Below, piece after piece: positions 49,901 through 62,235 of a stretch of DNA of 64,000 nt (within the stretch, counting starts at the first letter, position 1; the number at the start of each line of letters is the position of its first letter). The DNA is taken from the NCBI GenBank assembly GCA_046563655.1, contig CM102290.1, forward strand, positions 14,012,001 to 14,076,000, in the 5' to 3' direction. Origin of the DNA: Yuukianura sp. NJ FZ-2021 (lineage: Eukaryota). The translations under genes and the position numbers were made by a program. The notes under the pieces are model-generated. The model had not been told where the DNA came from and did no database searches. It saw only the letters and a list, made by a program, of their open reading frames with translations.

Positions 49901-52900
49901 ACGCGCCACGACGATCAGCTGATGCTCATTTTCTGGTGAATCTTGACGTCTAGTTGTCTTGTACGTCAACCGTCTCTTGGTAAATATTTCTCCACTGAGC
50001 GGGTCGATTGAAAAGTCAGACGGAGTTGTTAGGGCGTAAGTAACAGACGAATTGAGTCCAGCTTTGTCGCGGTCAGTCGCAATCAGCTGACCCACCAATG
50101 TAACATTTTCTCTGCTCTCTCCGATATTGAAACTGTAAAAACTCTGTTCAAATTCGGGTGCGTTGTCGTTCAAATCCTGAATTGTTATCGTCACTAACGT
50201 TTCGGCTCTCCAGGATCCATCAATTGCTCCAACACGAATCAAATACTCATCTTGTGTTTCACGGTCCAGAAGTCCACTTACGGTAATGTTGCCACTTATC
50301 GGCTCAATTTGAAACGGTACTCTCAAGTTCGGTTCGGTAAAAATATAGGTGCAGTTGGCGTTCGCTCCGATATCACGGTCAACACTTTTGACTTGAATGA
50401 CGAACGACCCAAGTGGTGAATTTTCAGTGACATTGACAGTGAAAAGGCGCGTAAATCTCGGTGGATTGTCATTTTTATCTCGAACTGTGATGAGTACCGA
50501 TGTCGTTCCGCTTAGCGGTGGCGAACCGCCGTCAACTGCTTCCACCGTAAGTTCATAGTGGTTGACCTCTTCTCGGTCAAGCTTGACCTTTGACACGATC
50601 TCACCCGAAGTTGAGCCAATTGCAAATAAGTGTCCATAGGTCGAGCTAGTTTCGGCACTGAACGAGTACGTAACTTCTCCTAGCTTATCGCTATCGGCAT
50701 CACTAGCTGTGACGGAGCCAATCACCTTTGGCCCCGCCTCCTCCTCCATAACGGACAACTCGTAGCGGCTTTTTTCAAAAACTGGTTCATTGTCATTTTC
50801 GTCTGTGACGGTAACGTGGAGTCTTATAGCGGTGACCAAAGGTTGTTGACCTTTGACCTCGCTGCGACCCAGAATCCAAAGGTCAAAGACCTGAACAGCT
50901 TCATAGTCTAAACCGAGTGGAGAGATCTTGAGCCAGCCCGATTTGGCTCCAATTTCAAAACTGTTGCCAATATTTCCGCCTCCAATGGAGTACGACACAG
51001 GTTCAGATTTTGGCGCCTCGATTTGAATCACTTGTAAATTCTTGGTGTTTTCTTTGAAAGTGAACGTATTCTGCTTGACCGAAATCTGAGGAAAGTTGTG
51101 TGCAGAGGCAAGTGAGATGCGGAGAGTGATGACTGACGCAGTGGGATCCACCACGAGGGGGTCATTTCCATTGATTTCGACCAAAAATAGGCCATTTGAG
51201 GACGGATTGCTGCGGAGTGTGCGTAGAGTTGTCACGACGCCAGTATCTTGGTTGATGCTGAACTTGTCTGCGTCTGGACCACTCAGAAAGTAGCGTCGTC
51301 CAAGGCCAAACAGCATGTCGTCAGCTGACAGGCCAAAAACAAACGTGTCACGTCCACTTCCTTCGGGAATTGTGATTGAGTATTCATTGGCACCTAAAAC
51401 CAAGTATTCAGAAAATTCAAAATTTCAAATTTCAAAAAAAAAAAAGGGTTTTTAAAAAAAAAATTCCATACCTTTGAATCCCTTGAAAATGTGCATTTCC
51501 GTTTGCAAATTGTTAATACGCAGTGTAACGTTGACTTTTGAAGACAGCGGATTGGCTGGATTGGAGTCACGTGCTTCTGCTACCAAGCGAAAAGTGTGAG
51601 CATGCGTCGGAATTTCTTGGTTGACCTTGATGTCTCCCGTGACCTCGTCAATTACAAATGGACTGTCACCGAGTAAAAAGTACCTGAAAAACAACCAAAA
51701 AGTTCAAAATCTGAAAAATGTTAATTTTTTCGAAGTTTTTTGAAGTCATGAAATTTCAACTTACTTCACTTGACCATTCAGTCCTTCGTCAGCATCGGTT
51801 GCTAGGAGACGGGAAATGTTTGTCCCCGGCCGAGAGTTTCCTTGGACCGGAAACTCGTACCGTCTTCGCTCAAAAACCGGAGCGTTGTCGTTCGAATCCA
51901 CAACATTTACTCGAACCGTTCCAGTTCCAGTGAGTCTAGGGGAACCTTTAGCACAAGTACAAAAAAAATTCTAAGTTTTTTGAAAATTTTTGAATTTTTT
52001 TTCAGAATTTACCAGCATCAATAGCTACAACTGTGAGGAGATACTCTGCCTGGACCTCCCGATCCAGCTTCCGATGTACCGTGATTTCTCCACTCGTAGA
52101 ATCAATACGGAAAGTTCCTTTGTCACCGTCTTTGATGAGGTACCGGATCTGCTGGTTCGGATTCGGATCGGCATCGAATGCCGTCAAGCGCACGACTGGT
52201 ACCGGTAAAGTTTCGATATTTTCACGCACTTGGGCAATATACGGTGAGTCCAGAAATACTGGCGGATTGTCATTTGTATTCGTGACGGAGATGAGAACAG
52301 TTGCTGTATCATATTTCGGCTGGAAATGGGATAAAAAATTGCAAATTTCTAAAAATTTGAAAATTTGGAAATTGAAATTTACCTCCATTCCAAAATCTTC
52401 GGCGCGAATAGTCAATGTATAAGTTTTGATTCGTTCGTAGTTTAGAGTTCTGGAGAGCCGGATGACGCCAGTATCTTCGTCAATGACAAAATCACGATTT
52501 CCATCTCCCGCCACAATTGAAAACCGAATTTGTCCGTTGAGGCCTTCGTCGATATCTGTAGCTGACACCTATTTGAAAAGAAGAAGCGGGAAAAGTTATG
52601 TCAAAGGTCACGAGGTCAATGACCTTTGATTTGCACTTACCTCAAGAATGTTCATGCCAAGTGAAGAGTTTTCTGGAATGGAGGCAGCGTATTGGCGGGA
52701 ATCGAAGGTCGGTGCGTTATCGTTTTCGTCTTCAACTGTAACCAGAAGGTTCTGCGTCGTTGACCTCTGGGGGTCACCTTTGTCTTTGGCCGTAATCTAC
52801 AAAAGGTCAATGACATTTTAAAAAAATGTTGAGAGAAAAATGTCCGCGGAAAAATGTAAAAAAAAAAAACGTCGAGGGAGAAATATCCATGGAGAAAATG

Positions 52901-55900
52901 TTGAGGGAAAAATATCCCGGGAAAAAATGTCGAAGACAAAACGTTCAGGGAAAAATGTTGAGGGGGGAAAATGTTGAGGGGAAAATCTCCAGGGAAAAAA
53001 TGCCGGGACAAATATGTCGTGGACAAAAACTAAATTGTAGAGATCATTGAGTTCTGTGGTTACGTACCTGTAGGATGTAGTTTGACCTGGTTTCGCGATC
53101 AATGACCCCGTGGACCCTAAGAAGGCCATCTACTGGCCCTAAGCTGAAAGTCGTCTTCTCATTGGCTAACACATATTCGACGTAACCGTTCCGACCATCA
53201 TCCCTGTCCAGTGCATTGACTACTAGAACGAGGGTGTTTATGTGCGGATTCTCCGTCACGGTAGTTTTGTTTGGTGAAATAAAAATTGGTGCCTCATCAT
53301 TTACGTCTCGCAACAAAATTGAAACCTAAACGAAAAAAGAAATTTTCAGAATTTTGAAGTTAAAAGTTGAAATTTTTGAAAAAAAGATGAATAACGTACT
53401 TGGGCAGTAGCTGATTGAGCCTCGGGTGATCCACGATCAGTAGCAACAACTACGAGGTTGTACGATGAAATCGTTTCACGATCCAAACCGGTTTTGGATG
53501 AAATTGTTCCGTTTTGAAAAATTTCAAAATTTCCAGCCTCGTTGCCACTTTGGATTGAGTATTCTATTTGGCCATTGAGACCTACCAAGGAAAATTTCAC
53601 AAATTACATAAAATAAAATTTCAAAAACTTTGAAATTTTGAATTTACCTGAATCCAAGTCTGTAGCACTGACAGTGACAATTGTTGATCCAACTGAAACG
53701 TTTTCATAAACTTCCCTCGTGTAGCTCATTGGGTCAAACACTGGCGCGTTGTCATTCAAATCCAAAATATTTATGTACACTGTTGCCGTCGATGACAAAC
53801 TTGGAACACCGCTGTCTTGAGCTTGCACCACAAAAACATAATGTTGAACCTAAAAAATTTCAAAATATGATAATTTTCAAAAATTTTAAAATACTGTAAG
53901 ATAATTAGCAAAAATTTAAAAATTGAAAGTCAGCAAGGTAAAATGCCGGAAATAAATTTGGCAACATCGCAAAAAGTCTAAACCGGGAAACTTGGCAACA
54001 TCGCAAAAATTGAAACAGAAAAAGTTAGCAACATCCCAAACAGTAAAACAGAAAAAGTTGGCAACATCGCAAAACGTAAAACCCGAAAAAGTTGGCAACG
54101 TCGTCATTTTTTTTAAACTTACGTTTTCGTAATCTACACGATTGATGAGTGTAAAGACTCCAGTGTCTGGACTTAGCGTAAAAACGTCATTGCCCCACCG
54201 TGACACAACTGAGAAGGTCACGACCCCGTTGAGGTCAGTGTCAGGGTCAATGACCTCCAGTTTTCCCACAGACATTCCAAGCTCAGCGTCTTCCGGAATT
54301 TCAAAAGAGTAGACTCCATTGTTTGAAAAAGTTGGCAGGTTGTCATTTTCATCCAAGACCTGGATTCAAAAATTTTTCAAAAGCTTTCTTTAAAAATTTC
54401 AAAAAGTTTAGAAGTTACCTTAATGTAGAGTTTCATCACTGAATGCTGGATTCCATCTGAAGCGTTTATGTGTACCAAGAAATTGTCGATTTCTTCTCTG
54501 TCGAGTGGTTCCGCCAGGCGGAGGATGCCCGTTTCCGGGTCAATCCGAAAACTCCCGCTTTTTTCTCCATAAATTGAATATGTAACGTTTCCAATCAAAT
54601 CGTCATCTGTTGCTGTAACTGTTATAATTTCATAATCCACTGGCGCGCTTTCTGAAACACTCAATTCCTTTTTCATTTCTTTGAATTTTGGCGGGGAATC
54701 GTTTCTATCTAACACTTCAATGTCGACCTGTACAACAGAATTTAAAATTTTGAAAAGTTGTGAACATAATTTTGTATTTAAAATTCCAATTTCAGTTTAT
54801 GTTACTTACTTGGACCATTGCAGTTTTGAGTCCTTGAGCAGAAATTAAAATTGCATAAACTTCGACTCGGAGATTTGAACCGACGGCTTCTCTGTCCAGC
54901 ACTTTTGTAGTGTAAATTGTTCCCCGTCTGGCATCAATTTCAAAAAGTCGTTCCTTTTTCGCGCCATTTTTGAATCCCGTTACATCCGTTATGTAGTATT
55001 CAATTCCACTTGCTTCTGCCCCTTTATCTTCTGAGACTGCGCAGTTAACATGCAGAATTGGTGTACCGATAGGCTCATTTTCAAAAATGGATCCGCTGTA
55101 TCCCGATTGGCTAAAAGTTAAGCCAATCCCGTTGGAGCTTTCTGACTCTACGCCAATCAGAGTCAGCTCCAGATCAGCTGACTTTCTCTGAGACTGAATG
55201 GCTTCGTCAGTTGCTTTTATGGTCAGCTGATACCTCGGCTGGAAGTTTGTGATTGGTTGACGGAGGCTGAGTTTACCTGAAGTCCGGTCCAATAGGAACA
55301 GAGTTTGGTCGCCATTGACAATTTCAAACGTTACAACTCCATTTGACTCGGCATCGGGATCGGTCGCCTCTATTCGGATAATTTCGGTATCAACTGTAGT
55401 CGTTTTGCGTAAAATGGCGGCATTCATGCACGTAAACTTGGGTTCGTTATCGTTCAAATCTTCTACAATTATAGTCACTAGTTTAACAGCTGATAGGCGC
55501 TGATTGGTTGGAATAGCTTGGTCCGAGGCGCGAATTGTCAATTTAAAAGTGTCACTAAACTCACGGTCAATGTCACGAGTCGTAAAGATTCGGCCAAGTT
55601 CGGGATCTATACCAAAGTGACTTCTGATTGGTCCTCCGCCTCCTATCTCATTTTCTATTGGCTCTTGCTCAACTATAGAGTAGCGAACTTTTCCATTGAG
55701 ACCCGAATCGGCATCTTCGGCCGACACAAAAACGATTGTGGTGTTAATCGGAGTTCCTTCTGGAATTTGTCTAAAAATTGCCGTGGCGGGAAAAACGGGC
55801 GGATTGTCATTGAAATCCAAAACGTCCACTAGAAATTGAACAGTCGTTGCCAAACTTGGATTTCCGAGGTCACTCGCCGTGATGTTCAAAATGTAGGAAC

Positions 55901-58900
55901 TCTGTTTTTCAAAATCCAGTGGTTTGTTTAAATAGAAGGAACCCGTTTTTGAATCAATGAAGAACGTGTCATGTTTGTTTCCGCCAGAAATACTGAGAGT
56001 TACGTGTGAATTCAGTCCTTGATCCGGATCGGTCGCCCGGAATTGCATCAACTCCTGGCCAACTCTGGTCGTTTCCAAAATCCGGATTGACGGTTCACTT
56101 TGTGTAAATTCCGGTGCGTTGTCATTCTCATCAAGCACTTGAACCGTTACTGTTGTTGACGAAGTTAGTGACCGCGACTGGGCCATATCACGAGCATAGA
56201 CTTCCAGGACATAGGTGGGTTCGGATTCACGGTCAAGGTGCTTGGCCACGGTGATTTGGCCCGAGGCGGAGTCAATCCTGAAGTGCTTGACGTCTTCTGG
56301 AAAATAGTACAGCACAAGGCCGTTGACACCGTCATCAGAATCTGTCGCATGGACACGTATGACGGATGACCCCAACGCAGCTCTTTCGGACACTTGCGTA
56401 ACGTATCCCCCCTTCTTAACAAATTCCGGACGATTGTCGTTCTCATCTTTGACGTAAATTTGAATTTGGGCGCTATCGGATTTTGACGGATGACCGCCGT
56501 CAGTCACTAGAACGTCAAGCGTCAAGTAATTTTTGCCTGTCACGCGGATCAGCTGTTCGCGGTCAAAAACCGTCAAACTGCGAACAAATCCCGTCCGGCT
56601 CTCGATTTTAAAGTTTTTATCGTCCCCGGCAAACCGGTAACTCAGTTCAGCGTTTCTTCCAGCATCGAGGTCAACTGCCGTGACCTTTCCAACAAAACTG
56701 TCAACCTCTTCGTTTTCGGTGATACTAAAAGTGAACGTAGAATTTGAAAACTTTGGGGCATTGTCGTTTTCGTCACTGACATGCACTATGACCTGGACAG
56801 CTGATGACCTTGGAGGTGTCCCACTATCTTGTCCAATGATTATCAGAGTATAGTAGTCTTGGTCTTCACGGTCCAGTGCTTCTTTGACATAAAGATTCCC
56901 GTCCGGTAAGATTCCGAACTTGGGTTTCCCGGTTCCGTCCGAAATGGAGTAGGTCACGTGAGAGTTTAATCCGCAATCTAAGTCTTTTGCTTTCAAAGTA
57001 AAAAAGCGGGAATTTAAAGGAGCGGATTCGAGGAGCGAAGTTTCAAAATTGGATTGTCCGAAAACGGGAGTGAAATTGTTGACATCCAGAACTCTGACAA
57101 TGATTTCCTGAACGGCAGAGAGTTTCGGAGAGCCGGAATCTTGCGCAGTCACTTCAAGCACAAAACGTTGGTTACACTTGGACACAGTGCGGTCAATAAG
57201 TATTTTCTGGAGGGTCACGTGACCCGTCCGCGGGTCAATTCTGAACGTTTTTCCCGGGTTTTTTGAAAGACTAAAAGTTATAGTACTATTTTCACCAAAA
57301 TCCAAATCAAAAGCGTCAACGACTGTCACTTCACTTCCGATCGCTGCGTCTTCGTAAATTGACACTTCGTAGAAATTCGGAGTTTTGAAAATCGGTTTAT
57401 TGTCGTTGACATCTTGGACTTGAATGAAGACCTGCCAAGATTCAAATTCCATTTTCGTTTCCCGCCAAACCACAACTGATAAGTTAATGTTCGGAGTTGC
57501 TTCACGGTCAATCGGTTTGTCTGCAAATAGAGTCCCTTCTGGGTCAATCCGAAACGTACCGCTCGGGTCACCGTCGGAAATAACGTACGTCACGCCGGGA
57601 GCGGGATTTTCAAAGACCCGCCCAATTTTTCGGGAATCCCGCCCAGTTTTTCCCGGATCTTCAACCACAACAAACCGAATGACCTTGACCTCACTTTTGT
57701 CTTCAAGGTCATTGACCCCAAATACATGCACTGTCACTTTTTCACTTGACCTGCGACCTCCTCCGTCCGTCACATGACCTGACCACGTCACATAATTTTT
57801 CCTGATAGATCCAAAATTTTGTTTGAGTTTGACCTGCCCCGAGGCGGAAATTTCAAAATAGTTCTTATCGTCAGTTCCAAAGGTCAATTCAGCATTTTGA
57901 CCTTCATCATCATCAGATGCTGTGAGGTTACAAATAGGAGTTCCGGCGGGACTGGATTTCAAAATTTTGACAAACCGGGTCACGGGGTACACGACTGGGT
58001 CATTGTCATTTTCATCTCGAATGGTCAAGGTCACGGTAGCGGTTGATGACAACGGTGGAGAGCCTTTGTCTTTTGCGATGACTTGAATTGTATAGCTACT
58101 GCGCAACTCTCTGTCAAAACTGACCCGGGCAACCAATTGACCCGAATTGGGGTCAAGGTGAAAGTGACCTGGATGAAGAGTTTCAACTTCGCGGGTTAAA
58201 AAGTACGACACTGACCCGTTTGTACCTTGGTCATGATCCAGAGCCTTTAGTGTTGCTACGAGTGACCCACCAGGGCCATTTTCTGGCAGCGAGACGTTGA
58301 TTACCGAATTTTCAAATTTTGGAGCTTCGTCGTTTTCGTCTAAAATTGTAATTTTGATTTCGGAAAAAGTCCAACGTGGATTCGGACCGCCATCGCGAGC
58401 AGAGATGCGCAGACGCACGACGTCTTGGGTTTCACGGTCCAGTTGGGATTTGGTTGTAAGTAGACCGGTCATTGGATCGATGCTGAACCAATCACGATCG
58501 TTCCCTGAAGTTATTGCGTAGTACAACTGCGCATTGATGCCAGTATCAGCATCATGGGCAATGATGCTGGCAACAAACGAACCAATCGGAATCAACTCAC
58601 GCAGTGTTGCGGCGTACTCTGTTTGTTCGAAAATGGGATCGTGATCGTTCACATCTGGAATTTTAAAAAAATGGAATTTTAGAAACTTTTTTTGAAATTT
58701 GACCTCTTGATCCAAGGTTCGTAAACAACCAAAAAAAATTGTGTTAGGTTAGGTTGTCGAATAAGTCGATGGTTTTCGTCTTGTTAAAAAATTTGAAAAA
58801 CTTTTTTCTTATGGTAATTATTTTCATAAAAAGCAATTGGAATTGGGAAAAAAAATATTTGAAGCAAAACTTTTGCAAAACCCCGAGTTATTGGACAACC

Positions 58901-60768
58901 TGTTGCAGGAAATATAATACGGTTGTCAAGGGACCTTGTGTTGACCTCAGATTTTGCTTGGTTGACCTTACCGTTGACCTCGATGAGCAGAAAAGCCACG
59001 GTGGTACGTGGGCGTGAGCTGGACGACTTGTCAGTGGCCATGATACTCAAATTGTACTTGCCAATTTTTTCACGGTCCAGCACACCGTTGACACGAATGA
59101 GCTGGAAGAACGGTGAAGACTCGAGACGGAAGTGACCAAGGTCATTGCCAGACACAATTTCAACTGTCATTTCACCTTCCAGACCTAAATTTTTCAAAAT
59201 TTTGAAGAAATTTCAAAATCAAGAAATTTAGTTCCATGTGTTCCGCTTATTTTTCCTATCAAAAACGCCGAGAACACAAATATTCACAGCGAGTATCACG
59301 CTACCCGACGCGAATTTAGATTTATCACTAAAACCTTGATTTTTTCCAACTTCAATTCAAAATTCTTGCAAGTTTTAAAGAAAAAAAAATCAAAATTTGA
59401 AATTTTCTTTTGTTCTCTTTCTCATTTTTGCCAAAAACGTCACAAACACTAAAATTCACGTCGCGTGTCACATGACGCGACGTGAATTTAGATTTATCAC
59501 TATAACTTTAATTGCTTTCAGCTTCAATTTAAAATTCTATAAAGTTTTTTTTTTAATTCAAAATTTTAAATTTTCTTACGATCATTTTGATCCAACGTCG
59601 AAACAGCAGCAACAACGGATCCATTTTGAGCATTTTCGTCAACCGACGCAGCTTTGGCAGTATCCGGAAAATATTTAAACGTGATGACCGGGTCACGGTC
59701 GTTCGTCGCTAGGAGATTTACGGTAACGTAGGTTCTGCCGTCCTGTGGTGGCAGGCCATGATCTCGTGCAAATACCGTAAAGACACAACTTTTGGGACAA
59801 CTCTGTTGTTTCTGTGGACAGTTTTGTTGACAATTCAGAAGCGACTGGGCCGTGAAAATGTCGCCCGTGAGTGGGTCAACGCTGAACTGACCTTCACTGT
59901 CTGCTAAATAGTAAGTCACTTTGGCGTTGTCACCTTCGTCACTGTCTGTAGCCATGACCTGGAGCACATGCGTACCAAATGGGACACTTTCGTTGAGTGA
60001 CACGACGTAGTCCGAGTGGTCAAAGATTGGTGGATTGTCATTTGTGTCACTGATGGACACGTCCAAAATTGTCCAGCCGAGTCTTGGTGGGACACCGTTG
60101 TCCTGCGCCGTGACATTCAGGACATAGTTGGACCGTGATTCACGGTCCAACTTTCCGGTCGTCTCAAGGTACAGGAACGGTGCAACCCCGGCGGGGTTCG
60201 GGGTCACGCCGAGTGCAAAGTGACCTTCATCATTTCCATCTACAATGACATAGTTCGTCGTCACGCCGTTGGGGTCGCTGTCCGGATCCTCCGCGGTGTC
60301 CAGGAACATGCGCGTTCCGGGAGTCGAACTCTCCGAAAACGTCAGTTCGACTCGTTTTTCCGGAAAAACCGGAGCGTGGTCGTTGAGGTCACGAACTTTG
60401 ATTCGGATTTCGATGGGATATGTTGGTTGGCTAGACAGGATGACGAGGTCAAATGTGTCAGACGACAGCGTTTCACGGTCAATCACCGCCGCGGTGGTCA
60501 CCTCTCCGGTCGTATCGTTGATCCGAAACAGCGGTACGACTTCGTTAAACCGGTAAGTGAACCCAGGTCGTGTCGGAATCCGCCCGACTAAAGTTCCCGC
60601 TTCAACTTCTTCTTGAATTTCAAATTCAAATCGGAGGTCACCACTTGGAGTTGACCCTTGACCTTTAAAAACGGCGCCAAATTTGGACGGACTTTTTGGG
60701 GGTCCTTGACCTCTGGCGAGATTTGAACCGACGAACACAAGGAAAACGAAAATCCACAACGCTGTCAT
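40922..60768 (-). CDS. ft: Fat atypical cadherin (Drosophila fat / vertebrate FAT4 type), about 4,960 aa
   Basis: 18 exons in phase: 60768-59580, 59184-58972, 58654-54810, 54727-54419, 54359-54123, 53849-53648, 53581-53400, 53325-53068, 52796-52641, 52568-52383, 52319-52013, 51945-51765, 51683-51472, 51393-48271, 45645-43818, 43748-43217, 42942-42660, 42567-40922 (14,889 nt). Signal peptide, a long array of cadherin repeats (LDRE, DxNDNxP), EGF repeats, two laminin-G domains, a TM helix, the cytoplasmic motif YDLENASSIAPSDIDIVYHYKGYR and C-terminal EEYV*. Confidence 0.95.
43151..43208. mobile_element. End of a short dispersed (MITE-like) repeat, copy in fat intron 16
   Basis: gagttattggacaacctgt...ggaaata...cggttgtcaagg.accttg matches 58881-58938. 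The tail ttgtcaaggaaccttg also occurs at about 34235. Confidence 0.6.
46397..47446 (+). CDS. C2H2 zinc-finger paralog ZF-E (12 fingers), nested antisense in fat intron 14
   Basis: 349-aa ORF collinear with ZF-A, lying inside intron 45646-48270 of fat. Probable 5'UTR intron at 46275-46372. The 3' flank (about 47545-47905) is the reverse complement of the trio's 3' flank. Confidence 0.92.
   Translation: MEGQRSEVTGTGNKYECDQCHKKFKTSKTLSIHFAVHSDVRPFGCSECTKRFKCNHHLKRHIALHTGERPFQCTRCTKTFIQKSDLTRHMKGHTYEGLVECSHCKDKFKSNAELKSHLIIHTKVSKFTCTICNYAAQSQRRLDDHVATHTNERRFQCTECHKRFTTESNLKMHLRIHAGDKRFQCNFCTYAAIEKNTLDIHTRQHTRERPFVCVLCTATFKSHSALKYHVRTHTGDKPHRCKECGKEFSSSTILKNHVKMHAGVKEFECTVCHKKFTHEWNLTVHARVHSGEKPFACKFCDKTFAQRGNLTSHLRIHLNEKLFRCGSCEAEFRYKRNFLRHREKCCVDA
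52820..53030. repeat. Degenerate purine-rich minisatellite (GGAAAAAATGT..) in fat intron 8
   Basis: Repeated ggaaaaatgt / gagggaaaa units. Confidence 0.75.
53955..54105. repeat. About 33-bp tandem repeat, about 4.5 copies, in fat intron 5
   Basis: aaagttggcaacatcgcaaaa...aaac recurs five times. Confidence 0.85.
58713..58938. mobile_element. MITE-like element in fat intron 2
   Basis: The ends caaggttcgtaaacaacc and ggttgtcaagggaccttg form an imperfect inverted repeat. The right part is homologous to 43151-43208. Confidence 0.55.
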
Positions 60769-61818
60769 CTTTGAGATCAAAATTGGCACTTTTCGAATTG
60801 GCAAAATCAAGAGTTTTTAGAAATTTTGAAAATTTCTAAATCTTTTTGCACTTCACTTTTAGCTCCTCACTCCAGGTCTAACGACCATCGTGACCTCTTG
60901 ACCTCACGCTCAAAATTTTCAAAAACTTTTGACTCATTTTCAAAAAAAAAGTCAGGAACACATTGGGAGTGGAATGCAAAGGCACTTGACACTTGGCAAA
61001 AACTGTTTTATGAAACTACATGTTTCTGAGGCACTTTTTGAATTTTTTAAAGTTAATAAAATGAAGAGGGTGCCCTTATTTGGAGGTTGAGAAGACTTAA
61101 GGGCCCCTTGCTGTGCTTGTGCAGCATTTCCGTGGTGTTTGTGCTCCCGGCAGAGGAAAAAAGTGTTTGAAGTGAGTGGATGGTTGGTGCTATTTTTTGG
61201 TCAACCATTGCCCAAGGGCCTCTTCTTCTTTTTCTTCTTCTTTCCGCAGGTAGACGTGCATTTCTCAAGGGTGCGGCAACAATATAAGGCGCACCTCTCA
61301 GGGTACGGCACTAAAAGCAGCAGCATCTCACAGTTTGTGACAAATTTCAAAAAAAAACTAAAACATTCGTGGAAAAAATATTGTTTTGGTAGTGAAGCTA
61401 TTTATGCCGTAAATTATTTGTGATCGGAATATTACGGTAATACAATTCATATAATTTTTTTGCCGAAATATTGTACATATATGTCTGTGTAAACTAAATT
61501 TTGTGTTGGTTCTGATTTTCATTTCGAAAATTTCAGTGGAGCATGTACTGTGTAGGGGTTGTTTGTCCAAAAATTTTCAAGTTCAAAAAATATTTGACAT
61601 TTGAAAAGGCGCCGTTGTGAGTAACATTTGTGGTACATTGGAGTGAGGTATGTTTTGCTTTTGAAGATTTTGATTTTGAATCTCAAGAGAAGAGAGCAAC
61701 AATAGGTTCAAAACTGCTCCTTTTTCTTTCAGCTCTCCGAAGGTATGCTCAGTACCAAAATCGGCAGTTGTGTTACCATGCACAAATTTGGGACACACAA
61801 AATTTTCAAACATTTTTT

Positions 61819-62235
61819 GTCACAACATAGCCACAACATAGCCACAACATAGCCACAACATAGGCACAACATAGCCACAACATAGGCAGAACATAGGCAC
61901 AACATAGTCACAACATAGCCACAACATAGGCAGAACATAGACACAACATAGTAACAACATAGTCACAACATAGTCACAACATAGCCACAACATAGGCGAA
62001 CATAGACACAACATAGTAACAACATAGTCACAACATAGCCACAACATAGGCAGAACATAGACACAACATAGTCACAACATAGCCACAACATAGGCAGAAC
62101 ATAGACACAACATAGTAACAACATAGTCACAACATAGCCACAACATAGGCAGAACATAGACACAACATAGGCAGAACATAGACACAACATAGTAACAACA
62201 TAGGCAGAACATAGTCGCAACATAGTCACAACATT
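61819..62235. repeat. 11-bp minisatellite AACATAG-nnnn, about 37 copies, with higher-order organisation
   Basis: Invariant aacatag followed by variable tetramers tcac/ccac/gcag/acac/taac/gcac. Confidence 0.97.

Noticed and set aside
41024..60591. Numerous short ORFs antisense or frame-shifted within fat, Cpr and the ZF genes
   Set aside because: Shadow ORFs of real coding exons with no independent motifs.
61819..62235. CRISPR-like repeat/spacer look, and ORFs such as MLWLCCDYVVT..
   Set aside because: The constant part is 7 bp and the variable part 4 bp with recurring variants; there are no cas genes and the context is eukaryotic. It is a minisatellite and the ORFs are by-products.
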